Of a stretch of 64,000 nt of DNA, positions 24,578-36,665 are shown in pieces. Numbering within the stretch: the first letter of the stretch is position 1; every line of letters begins with the position of its first letter. Below the pieces are notes generated by a model. It saw only the letters and a program-made list of their open reading frames with translations, searched no databases and was not told the DNA's origin. Source of the stretch: Rhizaria sp. SCN 62-66 (taxonomy: Eukaryota); contig MEDY01000268.1 in NCBI GenBank assembly GCA_001724265.1, forward strand, positions 1 to 64,000. Direction: 5' to 3'. The position numbers were made by a program, and so were the translations under genes.

Positions 24578-26374
24578 ATGTCGGAGCAAGTCACGCCGAA
24601 CACGGCGCTTGTGTCTGCTGTTCTTTGTGAATCCCCCAACTTGGGCTTGGTCCGCGCCATTCTCCTTGCGGGCGCTAACCCTGACGCACTTGCTGCGCTT
24701 TCTAATGCGTCCACATCTTCAGCCTCCGCTTCGCCTGCCCCAGCGATCGAGGTCCCTCTGCTCTGCGCGCTTGCTCAGCACTCTACGCCGTCGCTCGAGG
24801 CCGCGAAGCTCCTGCTCAGCGCTGGCGCCACGCCATCGCGCTTTGCACTGGTGACCGCACTGCAGAGCGGCAACGCGGACATGGCGTGGCTGCTGCTTGA
24901 GGCCGGCGCGCCCGCGTCTGCGCGCTCGCTTCACTGTCTGCTCATCTACGCAGCGCAGGTCAACGACCCCAACCTCGCAGTCATCAAGGCCACGAAGGTC
25001 ATTGCGCTCGGCGCCCCGCTCACCCCGCCGCCAGAGGACATTATCGCCGACACCGCAGATCTGACGCCGCCCACCATCGCTTCGGTGCCGGTCTCTGCCT
25101 CGGCCTCTTCCAAGTCGGTGTCGTCGTCGTCCTCGTCATTACTGGCAGTTCCCGTTGCAGCCGACAGCACCGGCGGCAACACCGACTTTGCGTGGAGCCC
25201 GTCGGGCGCGCTGGTGCCGCCCGTGCCGTTCCCGGAGCCCTCGCTGCTTGGCCTCCTGGGTCGCTGGCAGCGCCTGCCGACGCCGGTCGAGGCCGCGGCG
25301 GGCGCGCACAATGTCGGCGTGCTCGAGGTGCTCTTTGCCAACGGGGCGGAGCTCTCGCCTGCGATCACCTCCGCGGCTGCCGCCGCGCGCACCGCGGCGC
25401 GCGCGGGGGTGACCGCCGCGACGCCCACGAGAGGCAGCGCCGACAACAGCAATGGCAACGGCAACAACAACGGTAGCATCAATGGCAGCACTGGGAGTCC
25501 TCGTAGCGGGCCCGGCAGCGCGGACAGAGTGTCTCTGGGCGGGAGCGCGCTGTTTGCGGCGATTACGCGCGCGGTGCGGCGCGAGCACGCGAGCGAGGCC
25601 GCGCTGGCCACGGTCACCCTCCTGCTGTCGCGCGGCTGCGACGTGTTGGCGCAGGACGAGCGCGGCATGCGCGCGCTGGTCGTCGCGATGCGCGTCAAGA
25701 CCCCCCGCCTGTTCAATATGCTCGTAGACGCCATCAAGCGCCGCGCGGACGCCGCGCGCGCAGTGGTTAAAGCGCTAACCGCCGGTGAGCACAACGACAA
25801 GAGCGCGGCCGAGCGCGAGGCCCTTTGCGCTGCGGCGCGCGCCGACATTGACGAGTGCGCGGCGACGCTGTCGTCGGCGTTCGTGCACTGCGCGCGCAAC
25901 GGCTCCTGGGCCTCGGCCGAGAGCCTGCTGCAGGCGCGCGCGCGCGCTGACGCCGTGGAGGAGCCGCACCGGTGGACGGCGCTCATGTGCGCAGTGGCGA
26001 CTGCAGCGGGCGGCGGCGGCGTCGGCCGCGGCGCCGTCGGCCGCGGCGTGCGCATTGCGGCAGTCGGCCCCACGGGCGGCGAGCTGGTCAAGCGCATGCT
26101 CCTGTTGAGCGAGGCTGCCATCGCGCGCGACGTCGCAGAGGCGGCCGAGATCGACGAGGCCGCCGAGGCCGCTGCGGCCGCCAATGGGGTGGGCTGTAGC
26201 AGGCGCGGTGTCGCCGTGAACGGTGCGAGTGCCGATGCGGCGGCAAGTGCTGCCGCGGTGGTGGCTGATGTTGCCGTGAGTACGGCGACGGGTGCAGCCG
26301 CCAGTGTGGAGGCTGTGGCTGCTGTTGGCGAGGCAAAGACTGATGCCGCGGCGACTGCTGTCGATGTCAAGTGA
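24578..26374 (+). CDS. Ankyrin-repeat protein
   Basis: Ankyrin-like units (LVRAILLAGANPD, ALQSGNADMAWLLLEAGA, VTLLLSRGCDVLAQDERGMRAL, RWTALMCAV). Ends in TGA. Confidence 0.75.
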   Translation: MSEQVTPNTALVSAVLCESPNLGLVRAILLAGANPDALAALSNASTSSASASPAPAIEVPLLCALAQHSTPSLEAAKLLLSAGATPSRFALVTALQSGNADMAWLLLEAGAPASARSLHCLLIYAAQVNDPNLAVIKATKVIALGAPLTPPPEDIIADTADLTPPTIASVPVSASASSKSVSSSSSSLLAVPVAADSTGGNTDFAWSPSGALVPPVPFPEPSLLGLLGRWQRLPTPVEAAAGAHNVGVLEVLFANGAELSPAITSAAAAARTAARAGVTAATPTRGSADNSNGNGNNNGSINGSTGSPRSGPGSADRVSLGGSALFAAITRAVRREHASEAALATVTLLLSRGCDVLAQDERGMRALVVAMRVKTPRLFNMLVDAIKRRADAARAVVKALTAGEHNDKSAAEREALCAAARADIDECAATLSSAFVHCARNGSWASAESLLQARARADAVEEPHRWTALMCAVATAAGGGGVGRGAVGRGVRIAAVGPTGGELVKRMLLLSEAAIARDVAEAAEIDEAAEAAAAANGVGCSRRGVAVNGASADAAASAAAVVADVAVSTATGAAASVEAVAAVGEAKTDAAATAVDVK

Positions 26375-26904
26375 GTGCAGCTCTATGTGAGCGTACCATT
26401 CGCTTTGCCGTCATTATTCTTAAGCTTTGTTTTGTTGAAGATGTTGTGCGATTTAAAATTTGGTTATGTTTCAAGATGGCCATAGCGAATTCTCATATCA
26501 CATTAAGCACGGACATCGTCATTTTTGAAGGGTCGACGAAACCTTAGTGCAGTTGTTAATATGTGACACAATTCAACGCATGATTGATACCAATGCGTGT
26601 TGCTCCAATAGGCGCCCGTCAATTCAACTCGACGCGCATTTTTCTTTCTCTCCTGGGATGCAAGTTCGAGACGTGAATCTGAACGTAGCTGCCTATAATA
26701 TTGCTACAGATTAGAATAGAGTTTTGTATCTTTGTAACTATTCCGTACGATGACAAGTAAGTAAACGGAATAATATCATAACAATAAATTAAAGAGTGTT
26801 TTTCACTCCGCACACACCACACTAAACGACGAAATATCTAAGTACCGATCCACCTTCGGACCACATCACAGACAGCAACAAACAGGAAGAAGTATGCAGA
26901 CATC

Positions 26905-29181
26905 TCAGAGCTTGACGGCGCCGTTGAGCCACTGCGGCTTTGCGGCATAGTACTCCTGGAGCGAGGTGGCCACGAAGAGCGGCTGTGCCGAGAGCGAGTT
27001 GCGCTTGCCTTCGGTCACCAGTACTGCCACCCACTGGCCCGCGCCCGGAGCAACGAACGACCCCGCGTTGCCACGCTCCACAGCCGCCGCCACATCAGCA
27101 GCAACAGCAGCAGTGTCAGCAGCGTCGATAGCGTCGGTAGCGGCGGTGCTGGCGTTGCGGGCGACGGCAGCGAGGTCGATGGCGAGCGCCTCGATGTCAG
27201 CGGCCGAGTGCGCGACGGGTAGCGTGCGGATGGGGAAGTTGACCGTCTTGTTCGTATCCGTGCGACCGGAGAGGAACGCGTCCGACTTCTTCGACGTGCC
27301 CTCGACGAGCACGAGGTGCACGCGTCCGACTTCGGCGGCCTGAAGCTCGGCCAGCGTCGCCGCATGCGTCTTGATGATCTCGTCGAGCCGGGACGACTTA
27401 TCAGCCTCGGAGACGTCGTCCTTGAGCGCGCGGTGCGCGTGGGTGCGCTCGCGCTGCGAGTACTTGAACATGAACGCGTGCTCGTAGCGGGCCTCGCGCA
27501 TGACCGAGACCGAGTCGGCGTGGTCCGCGGGGGTCTCGCCGCAGAACCCGGCGATGATGTCGGTCGACAGCGCGATGTGCGGCACGCGCGCGCGGATGCT
27601 CTTGACCAGCGCCAAGTAGGCCTCGCGCGAATAGCCGCGGCGCATCGCCTCGAGTACGGCGGTGGAGCCCGACTGCACGGGCATGTGCAACTGCTTGCAC
27701 ACGTTGCTGCGGCCCGCCACGACGTCGATCACGTCGGGGCCGAAGTCCTTGGGGTGCGGCGACGTGAAGCGCACGCGCATCTCGGGCACGGCGGTCGACA
27801 CGCGGTCGAGCAGCTCCGCGAACGACACGCCGCGCACCGCGCGACGGGAGATGTTGCGGAAGCCAGGGCCCGCGGACGCCTCAAACGTGCTCTGCAGCGG
27901 CACGCGTGCAGGCGCAGCAGCAGCAGCAGCAGCAGCACTCGACTCAGTAGCAGCAGCAGCGACTGCGGTGTCGGTCTCTGTGAACGTGGATGTGTCGTTG
28001 TACGAGTTGACGTTCTGGCCGAGCAGCGTGACCTCCTTGAAGCCCGCTGCGGCGAGCTGCTGCACCTCCGCGAGGATTGAGTCTGCCTTGCGCGAGCGCT
28101 CGCGGCCACGCGTGTACGGCACGATGCAGTAGGAGCACATGTTATCGCAGCCGCGCGTGATAGAGACAAACGCGGCGACTTGGTTGCTCTCGCGGCGCAC
28201 GGGCGTGATGTCAGCGTAGGTCTCGTCGAGCGAAAGCTGGACGTTCATGCTCATCTGTCCGCCCTCGACCAGCTTGATGAGGCGGGGGAGGTCACGGTAA
28301 GCGTCGGGTCCGGCGACGAAGTCGACAACTTTGTCCGTCTCGAGCATCTTCGACTTGAGCCGCTCCGCCATGCAGCCCAGCACGCCGACGATAGGCGCGG
28401 CGGCCGCGGACGGACCGCGCACACGGCGCGGCCCCAGGTCGTCGACGATGGCCTTGCTGGCCGTGGCGCCCGTCGCGAAGGCCGACTCGACGGCCGCGGT
28501 CACCTCCTTCGCGGGCTGCCCCAGCGCGCTCTCACGGCGGATCATGCCCTTGAAGTCGCCCAGCCGGCCCCAGATGCGCTGCTCCGCGCCCTCGCGGATG
28601 GCGCACGTGTTGAGCAGCAGTACCGATGCGGCCGCCGGGTCAGTGGTGTGCTCCAGACCGGCGGAGGTCAGGATCGAGTGCACGAGCTCGGTGTCAGCGA
28701 CGTTCATCTGGCAGCCGTAGGTCTCAATGTAGTACGACGTGGAGCGCAGCGCGCGCGTCGCTGCCGCAGTCGCCGTGGCCGCAGCGGCGGTGTCGTCCGA
28801 CTCAGCCACGTAGGGGAACGGCGTCGACGCCATTGCAGAGAACGAAGACTCGGTGGGCACCTCCTCGCCTTCGTGGTCGCCCGCGGCAGCAGTCGCGCCG
28901 CTGCCGGCGATAAAGTTCTTGAGCGTAAGCCCGTCGGCAGGCAGGCGGCGACTGCCCGTTGCAGCGGCGGCGGCAGAGTCCGAAGCTGCAGCAGCGGCTG
29001 CGTTCACGGTGGTGGTCTTGAGCGGCATGGAACCGGTCGCAGGCGCCGCGCTGGTGCGGCATGAAGAATGATTCCTGTAGAGCGCGGTCAGCGCCGCGCG
29101 GGACAGCGCTGCCGGCACGGCCGGGTGCCGCAGCGAGCGGGTGAGTCCCGTCGAAGCGCGCCGCAAAGCAGAGCCGAGCAT
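26905..29181 (-). CDS. CDK5RAP1: Mitochondrial tRNA methylthiotransferase, MiaB/CDK5RAP1 family (UPF0004 + radical SAM + TRAM), 758 aa
   Basis: YIETYGCQMNVADTE, LLNTCAIRE, GVLGCMAERL, radical SAM CxxxCxxC (CDNMCSYC), RFTSPHPKD, STDIIAGFCGET. Arg/Ser-rich presequence. Ends in TGA. Confidence 0.93.
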   Translation of the reverse strand: MLGSALRRASTGLTRSLRHPAVPAALSRAALTALYRNHSSCRTSAAPATGSMPLKTTTVNAAAAAASDSAAAAATGSRRLPADGLTLKNFIAGSGATAAAGDHEGEEVPTESSFSAMASTPFPYVAESDDTAAAATATAAATRALRSTSYYIETYGCQMNVADTELVHSILTSAGLEHTTDPAAASVLLLNTCAIREGAEQRIWGRLGDFKGMIRRESALGQPAKEVTAAVESAFATGATASKAIVDDLGPRRVRGPSAAAAPIVGVLGCMAERLKSKMLETDKVVDFVAGPDAYRDLPRLIKLVEGGQMSMNVQLSLDETYADITPVRRESNQVAAFVSITRGCDNMCSYCIVPYTRGRERSRKADSILAEVQQLAAAGFKEVTLLGQNVNSYNDTSTFTETDTAVAAAATESSAAAAAAAAPARVPLQSTFEASAGPGFRNISRRAVRGVSFAELLDRVSTAVPEMRVRFTSPHPKDFGPDVIDVVAGRSNVCKQLHMPVQSGSTAVLEAMRRGYSREAYLALVKSIRARVPHIALSTDIIAGFCGETPADHADSVSVMREARYEHAFMFKYSQRERTHAHRALKDDVSEADKSSRLDEIIKTHAATLAELQAAEVGRVHLVLVEGTSKKSDAFLSGRTDTNKTVNFPIRTLPVAHSAADIEALAIDLAAVARNASTAATDAIDAADTAAVAADVAAAVERGNAGSFVAPGAGQWVAVLVTEGKRNSLSAQPLFVATSLQEYYAAKPQWLNGAVKL

Positions 29182-29447
29182 GGAGCGCTTCGGGAGTGCA
29201 GAGGAAGGACCAAATGAAGGATTGAATTGATGAGCATTTAGATTGAATGAGAAAATTTATGGGTATAGTGTTACGTCTTATTTTTACGTCTCTTGACGAT
29301 AGAAAACGAACACTAGGCAATGTGCGAAGTCTGCACTTTGACCAGAGTCCGTTCGGCAGCCGCTGGGCCGAAAAAAGACGCCGCGTGGGACAGAGACAGT
29401 ACGTGTCGAGGGCTTCAGAAAACGTGTTGCAAAGCATCGAAAGCACC

Positions 29448-30937
29448 ATGACGACGACATTGTCAGTCATTTCCAACGTTCTTGGTACGTGGCTGTTAAT
29501 GCGTTATTTTAAAACTTCTTGAATCCTCGCTCACGACCTTCATTTGAACGCGTCAAGTTGAGGGGTTGCAACGCGCTTTCCGAAGCAACGTCTTTCTTAA
29601 AAGTTGCAGACTGCACATGACTAACAGAGTCATGCGAATCATATATGTTGCGTAAAGATGTTTCGAATGTTTTTCGACATGTTATCTTGGGTTGTTTTTT
29701 TCGGTCGCAAGCCTACCTATCCCAGCTGCCTCGGCTGATCGGCTCGATGACGGGAGAAGACTTGTCTCGTCATAAACTGCAGTTTCCGTTTGCTCCCCAG
29801 CCTCTTGGTCACAATAATTGTGGCTGTAGCACCCAATTTTTTTGTCGTGTTGAGCGATATTTATCTTCTCAGCTGAATTATTCTTTGCCGCCTCTTACTG
29901 CTCCGCTCACATCCATTCCCATTTCGTTGCCTGTGTTCAATGCACACTTCTGTACGCTACTTAATTTCCGACCTGTAGGATGGTCGTATGTGTTCATGTG
30001 GGCGGCTTCAAACTACCCGCAGATTATCCTGCACTTCCGGAAGCGCTCTATTGACGGCTACTCTCTTGAGTATCAGCTTTGGAATATCTCTAGCTTTCTC
30101 TTTTATTCGACGTACACGATTGCAGGCTACTTCCAGCAACACTCTCGTCCCCATTTAAAGAATTCCATCAAAGTGAATGATATTGCGTTTGCTTGCCACA
30201 ACCTTATGACCAACATCATCCTTTCGACGCAGTGCCTGTACTGGCTCAAGACCCACACCAAGGGCATCAACAAGTACCACATCGTGGCCGTGGGCGCGCT
30301 CTGGCTCCTGGTCATCTACAACGTCTTCCTCTCGATCGGTGGCTTCATTCCCTGGTTCTCTGATTCGACCTCCGCCTACGCCTTTTCTACGATCCAGTTC
30401 CTGGGCTTTGCGAAGAGCTTCATCTCGTTCGTCAAGTACGTCCCGCAGGTGTACCTCAACTACTCGCTCAAGTCCACCGCCGGCTGGTCCATCCCCAACA
30501 CCATCATGGACTTCGGCGGCGGCGCGCTGTCCTTCGCGCAGATGATCGTGATCGCGTACGACAACGCGGACGCGGCGGGCAACCCGGACTGGTCGCAGGT
30601 GACGTCTAACCTGCCCAAGCTCATCCTCGCCATCGAGAGCATGATGTTCGACGTTATCCTCATGGTGCAGCATTTCGTCCTCTACGGCCCCGTGCCGCCG
30701 CGCGTGCAGCCGGGCGCCGGCAGCGGCGGGCTGCTCGACACGGGCGACTTCTCCGCCGCGCTGGTACTGTCGGACGACATCGGGTATGACTACTCCAGCG
30801 GCTCGGGCTCCAACTCGTCCGACCTCGACCGCCGCCGCGCGGCCGGTGCCGGCGGAGGCAACGGTTCCAAGAACCTCGGCTCCACTATGAGCGGCCACAG
30901 CATCCAGCGCAACAACTACGTCCGCTTTGACAACTAA
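29448..30937 (+). CDS. CTNS: Cystinosin-like PQ-loop lysosomal transporter; 2 exons (29448-29484, 29979-30937), 331 aa
   Basis: Spliced N-terminus MTTTLSVISNVL-G-WSYVFMWAASNYPQ, two PQ loops (NYPQ, KYVPQVYLNY..KSTAGWSI), DFGGGALSFAQ and FDVILMVQHFVLY. Ends in TAA. Confidence 0.88.
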
Positions 30938-31315
30938 GATTTTCGAAGAGTGATTTGTGTTAACAGTGATGTGTATAGTGTGAAGTTTACTGATTGCACG
31001 TAACGACTGTTGTACTTCAGTTTTGATTCTTTTGACAATGAATACATAGTAAGCTTATGATTTAGAACTGTTGAATACGGATACAAGTATGTGAGATATT
31101 CAAAAAATGCACTGCCTTTCTACACTTATATGGCATGATTTGATGGAACACTCACACGATACGTAGACAAATCGTTTTTATTTGTATTTCAGATTCATGT
31201 CATGAAAGCAAGTGTTGGCCTTAAGCGATGAAGCGCATACTTCACTAAGTGGACTGAAATTCAACTCAAAAAGAACGTGCGCAACACGGGTGATTGCTCA
31301 GTCTCAACTGTGTTT

Positions 31316-34300
31316 TCAGCCGCGCTGGCACTTCTCGAGGACCTTTTGGAAGTCCTTCTGGTGTACCTCGTCCATCGCGGCGCCGGCCTCCTGCACGAGC
31401 TCCGCGGGCAACGCGGCGACGAGGCCGAGCCCGAGCGACGCCGCGTCGGTGTGGAACAGCACGTCGTAGGCGTACTCGGGGAAGTCGTCCTCGTCCGCGC
31501 TCGTGTCGAACGCAGCGCCGTTGGTTCCCTGCATCTCGCTCGGGTCGTACTCGTCGAACGAAACGACGTCCTAAGTGAACAAGAGAGAAAACAAGAATGA
31601 AATTAAGTGAAAATGAGGAAGATTTGGTGGGAAAGTATGCAAAGCAGAGATATGAATCTTCACGAAATGAAGATGAGATTATCAAAGATAGATTACGAGA
31701 TTGCGTACCTGGAACCTGGCCATGTCGAAGTCGCCGGCGTCTGCAAAGGTGTTGTCGCCATTGTATCCGCGGAGCGACTGCTCGATCTTGCGCTTGAGCC
31801 TGCGCTCTGACTTGGAGTCCTTGCCGAGGCGCGCGGCGCGACCGCCCTCTTCTTCGTCGTCGTTGCCGCCGTCGTCCGCGCCGTCGTGGTCGTCGCCCGA
31901 GTCGTCGCTGCCGCCGTGGATCATTGCCAGATCGGCGAGGTCCTCGTCCTCATCTTCGTCGTCGCCCGAGACCTTCTCGCCGCGCAACCGCTGCAGCGCA
32001 CGCTCCTTGACGTCGACCACGCGCGCCGTCAGCGCGGCGACCACGGCGACGGCCTTGTGCAGTGCGCTCACGGTCGAGCACGCGCCCACGGTCACTCCCT
32101 CGGCCTTGGCGCCGGCACGCGTCAGGGGCTTCTTGCCGCTGCCGCTGCCGCCGCCGCCGCCGCCCACCGCGACGGGGAAGCCCTCGACGGGGATCTGCGC
32201 GAGCGCGGCAGCGAAGTTAGGCCGCGACAGCAGCGCGGAGAGCGCGGCGAGCGTGACCTGGCAGAGGTACTGCGAGTACAGGTCGCCCGCTGTGGTGAAC
32301 CAGAGGTTCAGCAGCGCGGAGAGCGCGGGGACCTGCGTCACGACGATCTTGACGCCACCACCGGAGCCCGCGGACTTGCCGCCCCTGCGGAGCGCGCCCT
32401 TCTTGCCGGCGACGCGCTTCTTCTTGGGCTCGACGACGGTGCTGCTGATCTCGACCGTGCCCATGGCCTGGAGGACCGTGAACACCCAGTCCGCGTTGGC
32501 CGCCGTCACGCGCGCAAAAGAGAGAAGGAACGCGATCTTGAGCGTCTGCAACTTCGCGGAGAGAAGCTTGCGCACAACCGTCTCCAGCAGCTCGCCAGCG
32601 GTCGTCTCGCCCAGGAGGTCCAGGTAGCCTGGGAAATAACAATGAACAATTGAGGCAAAGAAAAGAGGTGACATATCGTGAGAACGTCCGATTCTTGAGA
32701 AATGAAAGTAGCACATCACATACAATCAAACTTTAAAAGAAGAAATAACAAGTAAACCGTGCAAAACAGTCAAAGATAAGTTCGTTCGCACTTTGTTCGC
32801 ATCAATCTCAAGACGTACCGGTGAGGAGTTGAGTGACGAGACGGCCCGCGGGAGCAAGCGTCATCTCACTGACGCGCTCCGTGTCCTCGCCGACATCAAG
32901 CTCGGCGGCGACCACGACGTCCACCTCGGCGGGGTCCGTGGCGAGGATCAGCGCGCGTTGCAGCAGCTTGGCGGCGCCGTCGACGACGAGCCCGCGCGCG
33001 GCGTCAGGCGCGATCACCGCGCCGGGCTGCCCCGTGGCGGCGGCGCGCAGGTGGCCGCCGTAGAGCGCGAGGATGGTCGATGTGAGTGCCACGCAGCCGC
33101 GCACGAGGTGCGACTCGTCCGTGTGCAGCCCCATCTGCAGCGTCGCCGGCAGCACCGAGCCCAGCACCGTCGCGGGGGAGTACACGAGCCCGCTCGCGGT
33201 CGCCGCGGTCGACGGCGCGAACGCGGGCACGCGCGCGGCGGCCGCGGCCACGGCGGTGGGATCGCGCAGGGCGTCCTCAAGCCGGCCCCCCGCGGCGACG
33301 GCGGCCGCGGCGGCCGCGGCGAGCGCGGCGGAGGCGTTGGGCACGTTGTCGGCAACGTTGAGCACGTCGGCCTGCTGCGGCGCCGGCGCGGCGGAGCGCA
33401 GCAGGATCGAGACGAGGTTGAGCGCGACCATGCGGACTGTGACGGGCACGCCGTCAGCTTCGTCCGCGGCGACGATCGGCACCAGCATCGGGAGGACATT
33501 GGGCACGATCGTTGCCGCGGTGGCGGGGAGGCGGACGAGCGCCTGCACCGTGTCGAGCACGTGCTCGGCGACGACGTGGTCCATGGGGCAGCCCTGCCAG
33601 GCGGTGAGCACTGTCTGCGCGAGCGCGGCGGCGTGGCGCTGCACGGCGGGCACAGGGCCCTGGGGCAGCGTCGCGACGTGCGCCGTCACCGCGGCGTCGC
33701 ACCGCAGCGCGAACAGTGCCGCCGACTCGACACCGGAGACCGCGGCAAAACGGCCCTGCGCCGAGTCGACCTGCTTTGCGGCCGTGTGCAGCAGCGCGGC
33801 GTCCCACTCTGCGCCCGCGTAGCACGCCCAGGCGACGGCGGCAAGCACCGTGTGTAGCGAAGAGCTGCCGGAGCCCGCGGCGTCGGCCACGGCGGGGTCC
33901 GCGGCCAGCGCGCACAGCGCAGGCAGCCAGGCGTCGAAGGCGCCGCCCTGCAGCGACGCCAGGTGCGCGTGCAGCCCGCTGGCTAGCACGGCGGCGTCGA
34001 CCTCGCCCACGGCCACGCCAGCGGGGCGCACGGAGCGGGCTGCGGAGAGGCGCAGGTGCGGGCGCGCGGAGGCGTCGGCCAGGCACTGGCCCAGCAGACC
34101 GCAGACCTGCGCCAACATGCCGTGGCCCTGCGCAGCCGTGGCGAGAGCGGCCGACGCGGCGGCGGGGCCCGCGGCGCCCTCGGCCACGGCGGCGACGGCG
34201 GCAGACACGCCCGCGCTGAGCATCTCGGTCAGCGGGCCTGCGAGCCAGGCGACGCGCGCGCGCAGCAGCAGCCCGCCCGCCGCGGCCGAGTTTTGGGCGG

Positions 34301-36152
34301 CAGTGGCGACGCAGGCGGGCGCGGGCTGGTTGATGCCCTGCAGCACAAACGAGTTGATCACGGCGTCGAGCGAGAGCTCGGTTTGGCGCGAGAACACCTC
34401 GAGCAGCCGGCCGACGAGCAGGGTCGCTGCCTCGCGCGGCTTCCACCAGTTGCACGCCACAGACCCCGCGTCGGCCACGGCCGCGCCGTTGCCAGTGGCA
34501 GCGGCCACGGCGTCGCCCAGCGCGGCCAGCCCCGTGGCGGCGCGGAAAAAGGCTGTCGCCGCGGTCACAGGCCAGCGGTCAACAATGGTATTGAGCAGCG
34601 CGATAGTGTCGTTGCGCACGCACGCAAGTCCGCCAGCGCCCGCGCCCGCGCCACCCAGCGCGCCGTCGTCGGCGCCGCCCGCGCCGCCGTCTTCGCCGTG
34701 ACCGGCGCCCTCGCTGCCGTCGCCGGCGCCGAGCCCGTCCTCGGCCTCGGCAAACACGCCCGCGTCCGTCTCGAACGTCTCGCAGTCGCTGGCGGTCGTC
34801 ATGAGCAGCGCGGAGAGAGACGGCGCGAGCTGAGGCAGCGCGGCGCGCAGCAGCTTGTAGCCCGCGGACCGCGTGTCCTCGGTGATCGTCGTGACGAAGG
34901 CCAGACAGGCGCGAATGAACGCGGTGAGCCCGTAATGGGGTTCCGCGGCGTCGGATGCGTCGTCGGTGACCTGCATTGTGTCCCCGAACAGCACGTACTC
35001 GGCGTAGTGCGGCACCGCGGCCGTGAGAGCGTTGAGCACGGCCGCCACCAGCGTCTCCATGTGCGGCTTGACGAGCTTCGGGAAGAAGGCGCACAGCTGA
35101 GTCAGCACGCGCACCGCCGCGGCGCGCACGGCGAACATCGTCGCAGCCGCGGTGGCGCTGCTGAGGCCGCCCGCGGAGTCGCAGCCGGGTGGGAAAGCGC
35201 CCAGAGGCAGCGCCGCGGCAGCGGGGTCGCAGGCGGCGAGCGCGGGGGCGAAAGCCGAGGCGGGCAGCGGCTGCGCGAGGATCGCCGCGGCGAGCTCGAG
35301 GTACTGCGGCAGCGTCGGCGTGAGGTACCCGGCGTAGGCCGTCTGGAACATCTTCGACGCGGCATCCTCGGTGTAGCTGAGCCCCGTAAGGCAGGTGACG
35401 TAGACGACAAGCGCCTGCGCGCGGACAGCAGGCGTGGCCGTCGCGGTGGCCTCGGGCGCGAAGACGGTGAGCAGGATCGGGAAGAGACGCGGGATGACCG
35501 AGCAAATGCGTTCGTCGGCCAAGTCCTCCGCGAGCAGGAGCAGGCATCGCATCGCGCCGTGCAGCACGTGGGGCGTGGCGCGCGCGGCGACGAGCTCGGC
35601 GAGGCCCTCGAGCACGCCGGGCCACGCGTCCGGGTAGTCGAACCCGGCGATGGCGGCGATGCAGTTGCCCGCCAGAGTGCGGATCTGCAGCACGGGGTCG
35701 CCCAACAGCTGCGGGAGCAGGCTGCGGACGATTTCTTTGTCGGCCTCGGGGACCGTGATGGGGTTCAGCGCGTCGAAGCGCGCCATGTATGACATGTGCG
35801 CGTCGTTGAGCGTGGCGGAAGCGAGCGCGTTGGCCGAGATGGTGGTGGTGCGCATGACGTTGCCTTGTGCGTCGTAACCGACCTCGACCGAGCCCAGCGC
35901 GCCCGAGGCATCGGCGTCGGCCTCGTCGTCGTCATCACCGAGCCAGTTGTCGCGGATCATGTCCTTGAGCACCACGGCGGCCCACTGGCGCGCGCCAATC
36001 GGGGCGGCCGGAGTGGCGAGGACCGTGGCCAGGTGCGCGCACAGACCGGGGTACTGCGCCCACTCGTAGAGCTGGAACTCGGCCGCCTGATGCTCGGACA
36101 TGTTGGAGCTAGACAGCGCCTGAAGCGCCGCGAGAACGGAGTTCACGTCCAT
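31316..36152 (-). CDS. IPO9: Importin-9-like karyopherin; 3 exons (36152-32819, 32628-31709, 31570-31316), about 1502 aa
   Basis: IBN_N-like start (AAEFQL...ARQWAAVVLK...NW), IAAIAGFDYPDAWP, LHGAMRCL, WWKPREAA and acidic C-terminal region. Introns keep the frame. Ends in TGA. Confidence 0.78.
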
Positions 36153-36665
36153 GCAGCACTGTTAAACCAGCGCGTGCAGAGCGAAGGGGTGGAAGTGAGG
36201 TGCGCAGCAGCGAAAGAGGGTGAGCGCACCGAAGAAATTTACACGGCTAGTGACACATTCAAGGTGCATTATTATTGAATTAATAGAATTATGTTCGTAT
36301 AGTAACGTATCATAGCAATAACTTGCTGCTGTACGTTTGAGCCGCAGAGATATTGACGTCGCTATGTCGGGCGCCTTCACGCATCAGGCAGTCCGCGAAG
36401 ACTGTGGGCGAGACGAATGGCTTGACTCGAGCAAACAGAAAGTTAGGATATCTTAACAGTCCGAACGTCAGAAGCCACAGAGGTAGTTTTTTCGGAGTTT
36501 AATTGTATGTTTGTACCTGGATTTCTTATTATATCACTCCATCTTCTCTCTAGCCCCCTCTTTCCATCACTAGCTCATCACGCTTCGACCGCTCTCAACA
36601 GCTCCATTCCAAGTTGACCTGCAGCAACCCAAGCTGTTGACTCTCGACAGCTGCGTCGCTCAGTC

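Noticed and set aside
29645-29978. N-terminal extension of cystinosin in the ORF track
   Set aside because: It falls inside a 494-nt intron. The exon at 29448-29484 gives the expected first transmembrane segment.
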